A stretch of 32,000 nucleotides of DNA from Staphylothermus marinus F1 (GCF_000015945.1 NC_009033.1:1500001-1532000), one strand, 5' to 3'; numbered from the stretch's first letter, positions 16,880 through 26,594 are shown. Translations and numbers: made by a program. The notes: generated by a model from the letters alone, not told the origin.

Positions 16880-17470
16880 GTGGTTTTAAGTAGTGAGGAG
16901 AAAGAGCGTATTCTGAGAGCTGTCGAGGAGGATAGAGAGTTCCGATATGCTTTAATGGGGCTACTAGGGTTCAAGGAGCTACTTGAAAGATTCGCTAAAC
17001 TTGAAGAAAGAGTTTACAAATTAGAAGAGAGACAGCAGATGTTAGAGGAGAGAGTTAATGAGTTGAGTTTAGAGATGGCTAGGTTCAGTAAGGTGTTGAT
17101 AACTATTGCCCATAGGTTTGGTGTTATTACTGAGGAGGTATTTAGAGACACTATTGCCGGGTTATTATCCAAGTATTTCGGTGCATCAGCCTCTAAGCAG
17201 AGTATATTCGATGATGAAGGCATAGTTTTTGGTTATCCATCAATGATCGATGTAGACGTTGTTGTCAAGAATAATGTTCATATACTTGTAAAAACAAAGA
17301 GCAGAGTTGATCCTGGAGATATATTGATGCTTCTACGAGTAGCAAAACTTTATGAGAAGAAAACAGGTGTTAAACCAAAACTTGCAATAGTAGCGGGGTT
17401 TGTTTCGGGTAAGGCGAGAGAAGTTGCATTAAAATATGGAGTAGATATTTACACCTACATAGAAGAATAA
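16880..17470 (+). CDS. coiled-coil (DUF3782-like) plus PD-(D/E)xK nuclease-like C-terminal domain protein
   Basis: The N-terminus SEEKERILRAVEEDREFRYALMGLLGF plus LEERVYKLEERQQMLEERVNEL is a coiled coil. The C-terminus EEVFRD...GYPSMIDVDVVVKNNVHILVKTKSRV..GDI..LLRVAKLYE fits the archaeal DUF3782/restriction-endonuclease-like architecture as I recall it. Confidence 0.55.
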   Translation: MVLSSEEKERILRAVEEDREFRYALMGLLGFKELLERFAKLEERVYKLEERQQMLEERVNELSLEMARFSKVLITIAHRFGVITEEVFRDTIAGLLSKYFGASASKQSIFDDEGIVFGYPSMIDVDVVVKNNVHILVKTKSRVDPGDILMLLRVAKLYEKKTGVKPKLAIVAGFVSGKAREVALKYGVDIYTYIEE

Positions 17471-17547
17471 CTAACTTACCTCTTCTAGACAAGTTCTAGT
17501 ATATTATGGAGAATAATTTACACTGGATAATGTTTGTTACAGAGTAT

Positions 17548-17913
17548 TTACTTGTCTTTAGAGAGTTTACTACATAGTTTTATAGCTGTTCTAAACATTT
17601 CATCATATATTGGATCACTTGCTTGTGAAGGAGTTAATACTATGAGGTCTAGTGGGAAACTATGCTTCCTAAGCCTCCTAAGCCTCACAGCCTCCTCTAA
17701 GGGGTCGCTGGATTCCCTAACAATAACCACTACATCATAATCACTATATGGCAAATAGTCTCCACGAGCTCTCGAACCAACAAGATATGCTTCCAAAACA
17801 TTATCCATACATAAAACACTAACAAATTCCTTAAACCCCTCCTCCCAACTCTTCATCCTCCTAGCATACATGCTAAGCTTACGGATCCGCAACCCCATCA
17901 ACCCATGAAACAA
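17548..17913 (-). CDS. minimal nucleotidyltransferase (MNT), no adjacent HEPN partner
   Basis: AYLVGSRARGDYLPYSDYDVVVIV carries the GSx(n)DxD motif. Only 77 nt separate its stop from the convergent gene at 16880-17470, and no HEPN ORF is found on either side. Confidence 0.8.
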   Translation of the reverse strand: MFHGLMGLRIRKLSMYARRMKSWEEGFKEFVSVLCMDNVLEAYLVGSRARGDYLPYSDYDVVVIVRESSDPLEEAVRLRRLRKHSFPLDLIVLTPSQASDPIYDEMFRTAIKLCSKLSKDK

Positions 17914-18163
17914 TCCTACAAATTATACACTATCAAGAAAAATTAAGACAGTTTATATTTGAACACTCTTCAATCTCTAAATAGAAGTTTCGTTTCAACC
18001 AATTTAAATTATAAAGAATTGTTCTAATATATTAGTAAAGTAATAGATTTTTATTTTTCTGGTTTTATTTTTATATTTTATTATATAAACAGAATATAAA
18101 ATTTTCTCTAAAAATAGAAATTCTGTTTGTATAATAAAATACTGAAATAGCTGGATTAGAGGA

Positions 18164-18715
18164 ATGTTGATTATGAGAACTATTCCTGCGAGGTTGTTAA
18201 GTGTCTTGCTGTTCATTCTAGTAGTTGCTTTAGTGTTTTTATCGTTACCAGCAAGTGCAGAGTTAGAACCAGTTCTTTTATCATCTGATAGCGGATCTCA
18301 TGGATATAAAGGAGCAGATACGACGATTGCTTTCTCCTTCAGTTATGGTGGTAAAACATTTACGGTCAATGTTTATGTTAGTGGAGCTGATGCATATGAT
18401 GCTGCAGCATTAGCTCTGCTCGGCGTTTATGACACGGATCTTCATGAATGGACTGGTTTCGGTGTATTTGATAGATATACTGCTAAAGATTGGTATGGAC
18501 CTGGCTTATGGGAATCCTATCATTTCACTTTAACGAGTGAGCAGGTCCATGGACCATTGAAAACATATTTTAGTTATGGCGTTATGGAAGTAACGGGATC
18601 AGCGAATATTGTATATGAGGTTACCCATTGCACGTGGTGGGGGGTATTATGTAGTAGTTGGGAGGATGTATATGTTCTTACAGCAGATGCAATTGTACGT
18701 AATGGATTTATATAA
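18164..18715 (+). CDS. secreted hypothetical protein (signal peptide)
   Basis: The N-terminus MLIMRTIPARLLSVLLFILVVALVFLSLPASA is signal-peptide-like. The remainder is rich in aromatic, Gly and Thr residues. Confidence 0.55.
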   Translation: MLIMRTIPARLLSVLLFILVVALVFLSLPASAELEPVLLSSDSGSHGYKGADTTIAFSFSYGGKTFTVNVYVSGADAYDAAALALLGVYDTDLHEWTGFGVFDRYTAKDWYGPGLWESYHFTLTSEQVHGPLKTYFSYGVMEVTGSANIVYEVTHCTWWGVLCSSWEDVYVLTADAIVRNGFI

Positions 18716-18839
18716 GTAGTGCTCAGAATAATTGATATTCATTTTATATTCTTTTTTAGACAAATATATATGAAAAATCCCCTATATATCATTATGGTTT
18801 TATAATATGTTTTATAATTAAGTATATTACGGTGAAAAT

Positions 18840-19694
18840 ATGTTGATTAATAATATATATGTAAATAGTGTTATTATATTGTTTATGCTATTCTTCAGTG
18901 GGATAGGCATAATTGATTATTCCACTGTTTCTCAGCGTCCTAGTGTTCTTGAGTATTATGCTGAGAACGTGGAGTTCTTATTTAAACGTGGAGACTCATT
19001 TGTGGGGAATGGAACTTATTTAGACGGGGTTAGAGTTGTTGTTGATTATAGATTCGTTAATGAATCATTTGCTCTAGTATATGTTAATATTAGTGCTAAA
19101 TATCTTTATTGGGATCCGTCTTATCATATAGTGTTTCACTCTATTAACAATGTGGAGCAATCTACTGGAGGAGACATTATTAAAATTATTGGGGAAAACT
19201 ATCATTTATACCTAAAATTCCTTGTTAACACAACGAATAATTATGCATGGCTTAACGGGAAGTTTATAGGTTTCTTCCCACTATACTTTTTCAGAGCATT
19301 AGGCTACAATAATGTAACGAAGTATATATATGTATATCTAGGTAAAGAATTACATGTTGATCTTATTCAAGGTAAACCTAAGCCTGCAAATTATCATCTT
19401 TGGAAAAACCTTACTTTAACTACTTTACATATTTATAATGAATATATTAGTATTCATTTCATATATCATTATCCAGTAGTTATTGAAGGTATTCTACCTA
19501 TTGGGAATAATACTTATCTCTACTGCTTTCACTTAGGGATTACTGGGGATTGGATACCTTATTTAAAGTCTATTGATGATTACCCATATGCTGTTACTTA
19601 TATTAACTGGGATAGGCTGGTAGTGGTTGTAGGTGTTTTTGCCTCAATCATAGCGTTGGCTATAATGCTTATTAAGAGGAGGAGGCGAGGGTGA
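18840..19694 (+). CDS. membrane-anchored extracytoplasmic protein (N- and C-terminal TM, basic tail)
   Basis: 284 aa. N-terminal TM VIILFMLFFSGIGIIDY, several N-x-S/T sequons, C-terminal TM VVVVGVFASIIALAIMLI followed by KRRRRG. The stop abuts the next start (19694/19695). Confidence 0.55.
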   Translation: MLINNIYVNSVIILFMLFFSGIGIIDYSTVSQRPSVLEYYAENVEFLFKRGDSFVGNGTYLDGVRVVVDYRFVNESFALVYVNISAKYLYWDPSYHIVFHSINNVEQSTGGDIIKIIGENYHLYLKFLVNTTNNYAWLNGKFIGFFPLYFFRALGYNNVTKYIYVYLGKELHVDLIQGKPKPANYHLWKNLTLTTLHIYNEYISIHFIYHYPVVIEGILPIGNNTYLYCFHLGITGDWIPYLKSIDDYPYAVTYINWDRLVVVVGVFASIIALAIMLIKRRRRG

Positions 19695-20465
19695 TTGGTG
19701 AAACTGTTTCTTAGAGAATCATTCTCAGCCTCTATTATTATTGCTGTAGTTATTCTAATTTCTACTCCATTACTTATTGCTTATGCTTTCAACGTTATCC
19801 CTCACTATTCTCATGCTTATGGAGGTATTATAGAGTTTTACAACACTTCTACTGCTGGGGGCGAAGAATATGTTCAGCTATGTCCTCCTACATCTCCAAT
19901 ATATGTTAATAGGACACGGTTGCGTTTAGCTTATATGAATTATCTTGACGGAGTCTCGGCTGTTTCCTTCTTATTGATTGGATCAATTACGGCTTATATT
20001 ATTGCTAGGCCTATCGAGTATAGGTATTTCTTTATTGAGGCAACATATGGTGGGGGTAGGTTGCGCATGTTTTTATTGAGGCTTAGCTCAGCTTACATGT
20101 TGGGTTTCATCTCCTCCCTGCTTGGAGCAGTTAATCTTAGCGGTATTATGTATGTTTTAAATCTTTATAGTGGAATGAATGAGTCTTTCCTATATTCTCT
20201 AGAGATCCTGGTTCTTGAAACCATTATTGCTGTAGCTGTCGCTTCTATAGTATCATTATTTACTAGAAGTTTTTCGACAAGTATATTTGCAATTTTGGGT
20301 TTTATAGCTCTAATACTAATATTGGGTACGAGATATGATCCTCTGACAAGTATTGTTTTAGCTAATAGAATAGTGTTGAAGGGGGAAGGTGTTGGATTAT
20401 ATGTCTTAACAGTTCTTGCTTCAATCACAGGATCTATTTGGAGGGCGGACAGAATTGAGTATTAA
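19695..20465 (+). CDS. multi-TM membrane protein, ABC-2-type permease-like
   Basis: 256 aa with about six hydrophobic segments and one large loop after TM1. It is translationally coupled within an operon that ends in an ABC ATPase. The family assignment rests on architecture only. Confidence 0.5.
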   Translation: MVKLFLRESFSASIIIAVVILISTPLLIAYAFNVIPHYSHAYGGIIEFYNTSTAGGEEYVQLCPPTSPIYVNRTRLRLAYMNYLDGVSAVSFLLIGSITAYIIARPIEYRYFFIEATYGGGRLRMFLLRLSSAYMLGFISSLLGAVNLSGIMYVLNLYSGMNESFLYSLEILVLETIIAVAVASIVSLFTRSFSTSIFAILGFIALILILGTRYDPLTSIVLANRIVLKGEGVGLYVLTVLASITGSIWRADRIEY

Positions 20466-20838
20466 GATCAGAATAATTGTTTCCATACTTATATTGATTG
20501 CTATAACATCTACTGAGTTTCTATTATTTATGCAGGGTTTCCTGCCGGGATCGCATGTTCATGTGGTGTTAAAGACCCCGCTTTACCCAATGAAAACCAT
20601 TTACTCTGCATCAATCAATGTTAACCTTGGGAGAGGCGTGTATGAGGTCATAATAGATCCATTAACAAAACTCACTATATGTATTGTCTCAGGTAATAAT
20701 ACACGAATACTAAATGTTACCGAACACACTGTGATCCATGTTTATAGTGAGACCGGTGTGTCGATTACTGTGTCAGCATTGATTAAGCCTTATCAGACTA
20801 GCATAGGATCGATCACGGTGGTTAGACGATGGATCTAG
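20455..20838 (+). CDS. small N-terminally anchored extracytoplasmic protein
   Basis: TTG at 20455 overlaps the upstream stop. TM IRIIVSILILIAITSTEFLLF is followed by a beta-rich domain. The 3' end overlaps the ATG of the ATPase gene. Confidence 0.45.
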   Translation: MSIKIRIIVSILILIAITSTEFLLFMQGFLPGSHVHVVLKTPLYPMKTIYSASINVNLGRGVYEVIIDPLTKLTICIVSGNNTRILNVTEHTVIHVYSETGVSITVSALIKPYQTSIGSITVVRRWI

Positions 20839-21503
20839 ACAGAATAATTGTAAGAAATCTTGTCAAGAAGTATAGGAGGTTTGTTTTAAAAGTGGAATAT
20901 GCAGAGTTTAAGAGGGGTTTAAACCTCGTAGTTGGTTCTAATGGTAGTGGTAAGACAACACTGTTGAAAATGATCGCTGGCTTTGCATGGCCTAATAATG
21001 GAAGCATAGAGATCATAGTTGATGGTTTAAAATATTCTCCAAGGGAGGCGATGAAGCTAATAGGCTACGTCGCAGAAGACGTTATATTTCCAAATATTAA
21101 GGTTCGAGAACTCCTAGAATCCTTCACATTAGATAAGCAGGTTCTCAGAGAACTCGTAGACGAATTAAAACTCACTGATCATCTAGATAAAAAGTATATG
21201 GAGCTTTCAGCAGGTCTTAGAAAAAGGGTTCAAATCATTATAGCACTCCTCAAGAAGCCCAAAATACTATTATTAGACGAGCCATTCTCAAACTTAGACA
21301 TACTCATAATACCTGTAGTGAAGGACATTTTACAGAAGCTTAAACATGAGACAATAATAGTTGTTACAAGCCATATAGGGTTAGAAATAGATGTAGATAC
21401 AATAACAATACTTGACCAAGGAAGATTATTATACCATGGAGAACCCTCAGCTCTAAAACCAAAAACAATTCTCGAAGCAGAAGTTGAAGGGAAAAAATCT
21501 TAA
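20829..21503 (+). CDS. ABC transporter ATP-binding protein
   Basis: Walker A GSNGSGKTT, signature LSAGLRKR, Walker B ILLLDEPFSNLD, H-loop TSH. Confidence 0.85.
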   Translation: MDLDRIIVRNLVKKYRRFVLKVEYAEFKRGLNLVVGSNGSGKTTLLKMIAGFAWPNNGSIEIIVDGLKYSPREAMKLIGYVAEDVIFPNIKVRELLESFTLDKQVLRELVDELKLTDHLDKKYMELSAGLRKRVQIIIALLKKPKILLLDEPFSNLDILIIPVVKDILQKLKHETIIVVTSHIGLEIDVDTITILDQGRLLYHGEPSALKPKTILEAEVEGKKS

Positions 21504-21782
21504 TGGATCTGGAATCATTTAACAAAATAGTACAACCAATAAAAATATACTCGATAAGAACAAGTAGTCAGACGGATAGGATAATAGAATTCATGAAATC
21601 CGTAAAGAAGAGATAAGCATCAACACGATATGTAAGCATAAATTAGTATATTCAACAAGCACCCATTGCATATTATATTTTTAATTATGAACATATCTAA
21701 CAATACATCTCTACGTTGCTTATTGAACAGCTTCACCATTATCTTAGCCAGTATCCCCTGAATCAATCCTATAATGTACTAT

Positions 21783-22208
21783 CTACGGATCTATGCCTTC
21801 TCTACGAATATAACTGGTTATTTTGGATAGGATTGTTCTAGCATTAAATCTTAACCTATATGCATGTTTAAATAATTGTTCATAGTCTATATCTGCATAT
21901 ACATGTACAATAATATTTCTCAGCCCAGCCAAGCTCTTCAGAATCCTACCCTCCTCCTCATTGAGGACTCCATGTTTTGCAAGTATTGATCCTATTTCTC
22001 CATATGTTGATGGAGGATCCCATCCCTTAACCGATATAATGTATCCTCCAATATCTAGTAATCCCTGTATAATTACCTCAACCTCCCTCTCAAGAATTGG
22101 TAATAGGTCTTTACTATATATTTCCTCAATACCCATACTTGCTAATTTGTCAAGCCGCTGAATTGCTTTCAAAACCCTATCCACTCTTCTACTAATGCCC
22201 GGCCTCAA
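21783..22208 (-). CDS. hepT: HepT-type HEPN toxin (DUF86)
   Basis: The Rx4H motif is in LRNIIVHVYADIDYE. 141 aa. It lies 15 nt downstream of an MntA gene. Confidence 0.85.
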   Translation of the reverse strand: MRPGISRRVDRVLKAIQRLDKLASMGIEEIYSKDLLPILEREVEVIIQGLLDIGGYIISVKGWDPPSTYGEIGSILAKHGVLNEEEGRILKSLAGLRNIIVHVYADIDYEQLFKHAYRLRFNARTILSKITSYIRREGIDP

Positions 22209-22223
22209 CTCTCTGACCCCTCT

Positions 22224-22649
22224 CTATGTATTATTTATTGATAATACTTGTTTAAGGTATGAATTATGAGTTGAACGATATATTTCCTCAAAGTCTAGCC
22301 ATAGCATTAGTGTCTTCCACTTATCCTCTACATATGCTTCTCGATCTCCAGCTATAAACACTCCTCTGACAAGTGCTTCGTATAGTAGTGGGAGCATTGC
22401 TTTCTCAACAAGCACAATATCAACCCTCCTACCAGTACATGACTCGATAAGCTCAGCTATTCGAGAAGCTTCATCAACACTTAAACCCTTAACAGCAAGG
22501 TCTATATCGCTCAACAGATTATCTCTCCCCTCAGCCACACTGCCAAATAAAACAATATATGAGCCCCTAGGCAATGATACCCCAGACAATATCCCATGCA
22601 GAACATCCATCAACTGATCCAAACCATGCAAAACAAACCCCTCAAACAA
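22224..22649 (-). CDS. mntA: MntA-type nucleotidyltransferase antitoxin
   Basis: VLFGSVAEGRDNLLSDIDLAV carries the NTase motif. It is upstream of the DUF86 gene on the same strand. Confidence 0.85.
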   Translation of the reverse strand: MFEGFVLHGLDQLMDVLHGILSGVSLPRGSYIVLFGSVAEGRDNLLSDIDLAVKGLSVDEASRIAELIESCTGRRVDIVLVEKAMLPLLYEALVRGVFIAGDREAYVEDKWKTLMLWLDFEEIYRSTHNSYLKQVLSINNT

Positions 22650-22813
22650 TTATAACATAGAAACCCCTAATAACTACATAGCACACTATTGAAGACCTCA
22701 AAACAATAAGGATATTCATCTTTCATAGGAGCAGTTGAAATAGGAGAGTTTTAACACAATATACAAGCCCTAAAAATACCTAAGTTAAACAATATATGTT
22801 ATTGTGATGTAGA

Positions 22814-23014
22814 ATGAGCGGCGATTATCCGCAACTCTTGAAATGAAGATCTGAGGCGTTGTTAAGGAATGCTGTTAGATTGCTTGGTGAGGGTAAATAT
22901 GATCTTGCAGATTTTAATGCCGAGTATGCTGCTCAATTACATGTTAAAGCAGTCCTCTACTAATTAACTGGTGAGGATTGGAGAGGGCAGGGTATCCGAC
23001 GTGCTCTAATATAA
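22814..23014 (+). pseudogene. classical HEPN-domain gene fragment with two in-frame stops
   Basis: One frame reads MSGDYPQLLK*RSEALLRNAVRLLGEGKYDLADFNAEYAAQLHVKAVLY*LTGEDWRGQGIRRALI*. The stops are TGA at 22844 and TAA at 22961. The pattern A..LL..G.Y..A.F.A..A....LKA.L is HEPN-like. The fragment is also truncated to about half the normal length. Confidence 0.5.
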
Positions 23015-23211
23015 TTAGCGCAAAGCTCCCATAACCCTCTCAATAGGTATTCACTACAAAATAATATACACTAAATCATTAAACTAGTATCAAATGATTT
23101 AATAATTATATTAATACTTAGAATGTTTATCATAAACCTAGCCACCGAAAAAATAAATGACTATGTTAAACAGAATAATATGCACTCATATTATAGGGGC
23201 AGGGGAGGATT

Positions 23212-23880
23212 ATGAGAGCTCTAGGTCCAATTGCCGTCTTAATCATTATAATTGTGGTTGTTGTCGGAGCATCTCTCATAGCATATTATCTCAATGAGAC
23301 AAGACAAATGTATGTGAGTGGTTGGGAGATTGCATTTAAGGCGGCTTGCACCTATAGTGGCACCACAGATGCTGGAACCACAGATGTAACATTAGACACT
23401 GGTCAAACCACTAGGGTAGGCTGGGATGGAAAAGCTGTAGGTGTAATAGCAACTGTTCAGAAATATTGGGGAGTAGATAATGGACCAAGATACTATGGTA
23501 GCATAAACTTTGCCCATGGATCTAAAGGAAGTGATCCAGGATGGATTTTACCGGGCGAATGCTATAAAGCGACATGGATGGGTTGGGTATGGTATTACCC
23601 TGCAGGGATAGATTCAAGAAAGTTTAAGATGGAAGTTGAGAAAGATAATGTATACAGTATATCCAGCGCCCTCGAAGCTCGTGGTTTTAAAGTAAGTATA
23701 GGTTCTTCAACAAGTAGTCCAACAAAGTATATAATAGAAGTTGAAATAGGACTGTATGATGCCCATGCATACGGAAGGTTCGAGTTTTCACATGGATCCA
23801 AGGGATGGTTCTGCAGTTGCAACTATGATGAATCGTTCCAAAAAGTCGTCGAACTCGAATCAACTATTACAGGACCCTAA
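23212..23880 (+). CDS. N-terminally anchored extracytoplasmic protein
   Basis: 222 aa with TM IAVLIIIIVVVVGASLIAYY. The internal motif HGSKG occurs twice (INFAHGSKGSDPGW and FEFSHGSKGWF). Confidence 0.5.
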   Translation: MRALGPIAVLIIIIVVVVGASLIAYYLNETRQMYVSGWEIAFKAACTYSGTTDAGTTDVTLDTGQTTRVGWDGKAVGVIATVQKYWGVDNGPRYYGSINFAHGSKGSDPGWILPGECYKATWMGWVWYYPAGIDSRKFKMEVEKDNVYSISSALEARGFKVSIGSSTSSPTKYIIEVEIGLYDAHAYGRFEFSHGSKGWFCSCNYDESFQKVVELESTITGP

Positions 23881-23979
23881 CAACATATATTTTTTATAAA
23901 ATTTTATTAGTTGTTTATAATTATTCAATAGGATCCAATAAGATATATGTAGGAACAGAATGGTTCCAACAAGGGTTTC

Positions 23980-25329
23980 ATGGGTGAGATCAGTATGGTG
24001 AGAATAACGTATTTGTTGATTTGTATATTTTTTATCTTGGTATGTATGTCAGCTACCTTGCCGGCTACACATAGTGTTGGAATGCAGGTTTTTAATAGTG
24101 GTGGGAGGCTAGTGTATCATGTAAGTGGGTATGCTATTCCTATTAAGAATATTAGCTCATTTGAACCAGTAACAGTTGATCTATTGTTGAGGGGGGTTGA
24201 TGAAGTCTACTCTATGGATCGTAGTTATGTTGAGAACTTACTAAGTAGGATCGGTGCTAATGTGAGCTTTAATGCTGGAGGTATTCGTGTATTTTATAAT
24301 TATAGTGAGGAGGCTGGCAGATCTGAGATTACCTACAAGCTTGGACCCGATGGATGGTATTGGGTAGATGTGCCTGCAGGACCATGTATGGTTCATGGCT
24401 TGCCGTTGCTTCTAAAACTTAGTGGAACAGTCCATGTTAAGCGTATCAATAGTTCAGCTATAAAAGTGTGCATGAAGGCTTTGATCTCAGATATTTTTCA
24501 ACACAATCTCTCAAATTATAAGATACTGGTTAAATACCCCTCCATGTTCCCAGAAAACTTTAATGGTAGTATAGAGGTTAGCTTAACATATACTATAATT
24601 AATAATACAGCTGTTTCTGGAAACGAGGTTATAGGGTTCTCTCCACTATACATTGTTTATCCTAGGAATGCATTAGAGGTTAAGGAAGTATATGATAAAG
24701 GACTCATTCTAACATTCTACGGTATCCCGTTAAAGTTTAGGATGGAGAAAACTACTAGTAAAATCTTAGGACATGTAATTAGTTATAGTTATATCGTAGT
24801 ATATGCTCGCTCAAACAGGTTGATCAGTCTAGCACGATATATTAGTAAGATGATGAATCAAGGAGCATTCACTGAAGACATGGAGCCGAGGTATAGGGGT
24901 AAACCATTAACAAAGGATCTTAATAAACTAGAAAACCTTGCCCTCCGCCTAGTTATAAAGCATGAGAATATAACTAAATATATAACATATGCTCCTTCAA
25001 AAGGAAGATATATTACATTCATATCTTTCTATAAGGGTTTTGAACTCCCATATAACCCTCATGGGAGAGTAGTTGATTATAGATGGGTTTACCCACTAAG
25101 TTTCTGGGCCATCTTCTTAAAGCTTAAACTAAGCAATGACAAATATTTATGGGTAGTGTTTTGGGGAGATGCAATATATGGTGAAAACATCAATCCTTAC
25201 AGTATTGATATAGGCTACTATAACCCTCCCAGCCCCAGCATAATAGATGTTAGGCAGTTATTATTGTTTATCGGTGTTTCTGCATTGCCCATAATATTAA
25301 TTATATACTTTACTTTGAAGAGGAAGTAA
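23980..25329 (+). CDS. large surface protein (signal/anchor plus C-terminal TM anchor)
   Basis: 449 aa. The N-terminus ITYLLICIFFILVCMSATLPA is hydrophobic, many N-x-S/T sequons are present, and the C-terminal TM LLLFIGVSALPIILIIYFTL is followed by KRK. Confidence 0.55.
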   Translation: MGEISMVRITYLLICIFFILVCMSATLPATHSVGMQVFNSGGRLVYHVSGYAIPIKNISSFEPVTVDLLLRGVDEVYSMDRSYVENLLSRIGANVSFNAGGIRVFYNYSEEAGRSEITYKLGPDGWYWVDVPAGPCMVHGLPLLLKLSGTVHVKRINSSAIKVCMKALISDIFQHNLSNYKILVKYPSMFPENFNGSIEVSLTYTIINNTAVSGNEVIGFSPLYIVYPRNALEVKEVYDKGLILTFYGIPLKFRMEKTTSKILGHVISYSYIVVYARSNRLISLARYISKMMNQGAFTEDMEPRYRGKPLTKDLNKLENLALRLVIKHENITKYITYAPSKGRYITFISFYKGFELPYNPHGRVVDYRWVYPLSFWAIFLKLKLSNDKYLWVVFWGDAIYGENINPYSIDIGYYNPPSPSIIDVRQLLLFIGVSALPIILIIYFTLKRK

Positions 25330-25435
25330 GAGGTTGTTGTGAATAGTTTTTCGCCGAACATACTTGTTTATCTCTCCAATATTATTTGTTTCATCTCTTA
25401 TCACAGTATATGTATATTATTCGTTAGGCTATGAT

Positions 25436-25700
25436 GTGGTTGCCCGTGCATTATCTTTTGGTTATTTTGGATATTATGGGTACTTGCACGGGCTTCCCCC
25501 TCTTGTGTCGGGTTTTCATCCCTTCATCGAGGGGGCTATCGGGGCTCCACACCGACCACATAGAGCCCTTCATCTGCTTTTTATTAACCATAATATTAGT
25601 GAGGGGTTTATAAAGTGAACCCTATGCATACAAAACATGTTCCGAATAGTTTTCATAGCTTCTAAAAGAGCCGAAATACCCAAATAAATGAACAGTCTAA
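25436..25700 (-). mobile_element. MITE-like non-autonomous derivative of the IS200/IS605 element (left end plus right end/omegaRNA-like module)
   Basis: The reverse complement begins ttagactgttcatttatttgg.. (left-end-like) and ends ..aaaagataatgcacgggcaaccac (right end). It shares an identical 63-nt core with copy C and the gttcactttataaacccctcactaata junction segment. There is no tnpB ORF. Confidence 0.65.
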
Positions 25701-25793
25701 CAGGTGCCTTAAACACTTTATGGCTCAGTAGTTTGATAAGCTTGTCAAGACCGTGTTCCAAGCTTGCATGACACCGTTTAACACTAGCTGTGT

Positions 25794-26459
25794 CTAATGT
25801 AGTGACTTATTGATGTAGTATAGGCTTGCAATAAGGTATAGTAGTATAGTGATCAGGATAGCTAAGCTCCATGCAAGACCAAGGTATCCAGCCAAAGCGA
25901 TAAGTGCGATGGGCACACTTAACACAAGTATCAGTATTGAGAAAACTAGCTGGGGTATTATGGAGACTCTATAACCAGCTCTAGCAGCGAAATATATTGA
26001 TATGTTTCCAAGCCCTATGAATACCAGGAATCCGGCGGGGACAAGGTTCCTCCCAAGAATGATGGGTATAAGGAACCAGCCAATGAAAGCAGCTAAACAC
26101 CATCCAATGAAATATATTTGCAAACCCCTCCTACTCACACCTCCACCGAGCTCCAGATGCGTCCTAAAATACTCATACATGTACTGCCTAGCCCTATAAT
26201 CCTCATATATTATGATTGATAAAGCTATAGCCCAATACGTTATGAATACCAGGTTTGCTACCGGTTTCCCTAGGAAACCATAGTATTTCATTATCAGGGA
26301 GGCTATGAAGTAACCGGATAAGGCAATGCCCCAGTATAGGTAGGAGATTGATGATCTTACATAGAATGCGTGTAGAAGCCTATCCTCAACCCTCCTAAGT
26401 ACATCGATCAGCTCAACCATCCTCTCCCGTGCTTCACCCATAAGGCAGACCTCTTCCAA
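25794..26459 (-). CDS. multi-TM membrane protein with cytoplasmic N-terminal helix
   Basis: 221 aa. ARERMVELIDVLRRVEDRLLH is followed by about six hydrophobic segments. It is divergent from the ABC ATPase gene. Confidence 0.55.
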   Translation of the reverse strand: MEEVCLMGEARERMVELIDVLRRVEDRLLHAFYVRSSISYLYWGIALSGYFIASLIMKYYGFLGKPVANLVFITYWAIALSIIIYEDYRARQYMYEYFRTHLELGGGVSRRGLQIYFIGWCLAAFIGWFLIPIILGRNLVPAGFLVFIGLGNISIYFAARAGYRVSIIPQLVFSILILVLSVPIALIALAGYLGLAWSLAILITILLYLIASLYYINKSLH

Positions 26460-26594
26460 ATCCTGTAAGACTTTATAGCATATAATCTTATGAATATGTA
26501 TCCACGAATATAAAGAGATACTGTATTCTGTGCTGCAGAACTTGATTACTTCTTTTTACACACCTATACCCAATATATTGAATGACTTGAACAA

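Noticed and set aside
18004-18216. 70-aa minus-strand ORF in the AT-rich region upstream of 18164
   Set aside because: The sequence is extremely AT-rich and promoter-like, the translation is low-complexity (I/K/N/F/Y), and it overlaps the start of the secreted-protein gene.
25364-25618. ORFs inside the repeat copies (25364-25618, 25431-25613, 28203-28388, 28274-28459, 12928-13155) that encode similar peptides such as CTGFPLLCRVFIPSSRGLSGLH
   Set aside because: The similarity comes from repeated DNA in the IS right-end module, read antisense to tnpB. The peptides are low-complexity and frame-inconsistent between copies, and they have no plausible start context. The repeat/RNA interpretation explains them better.
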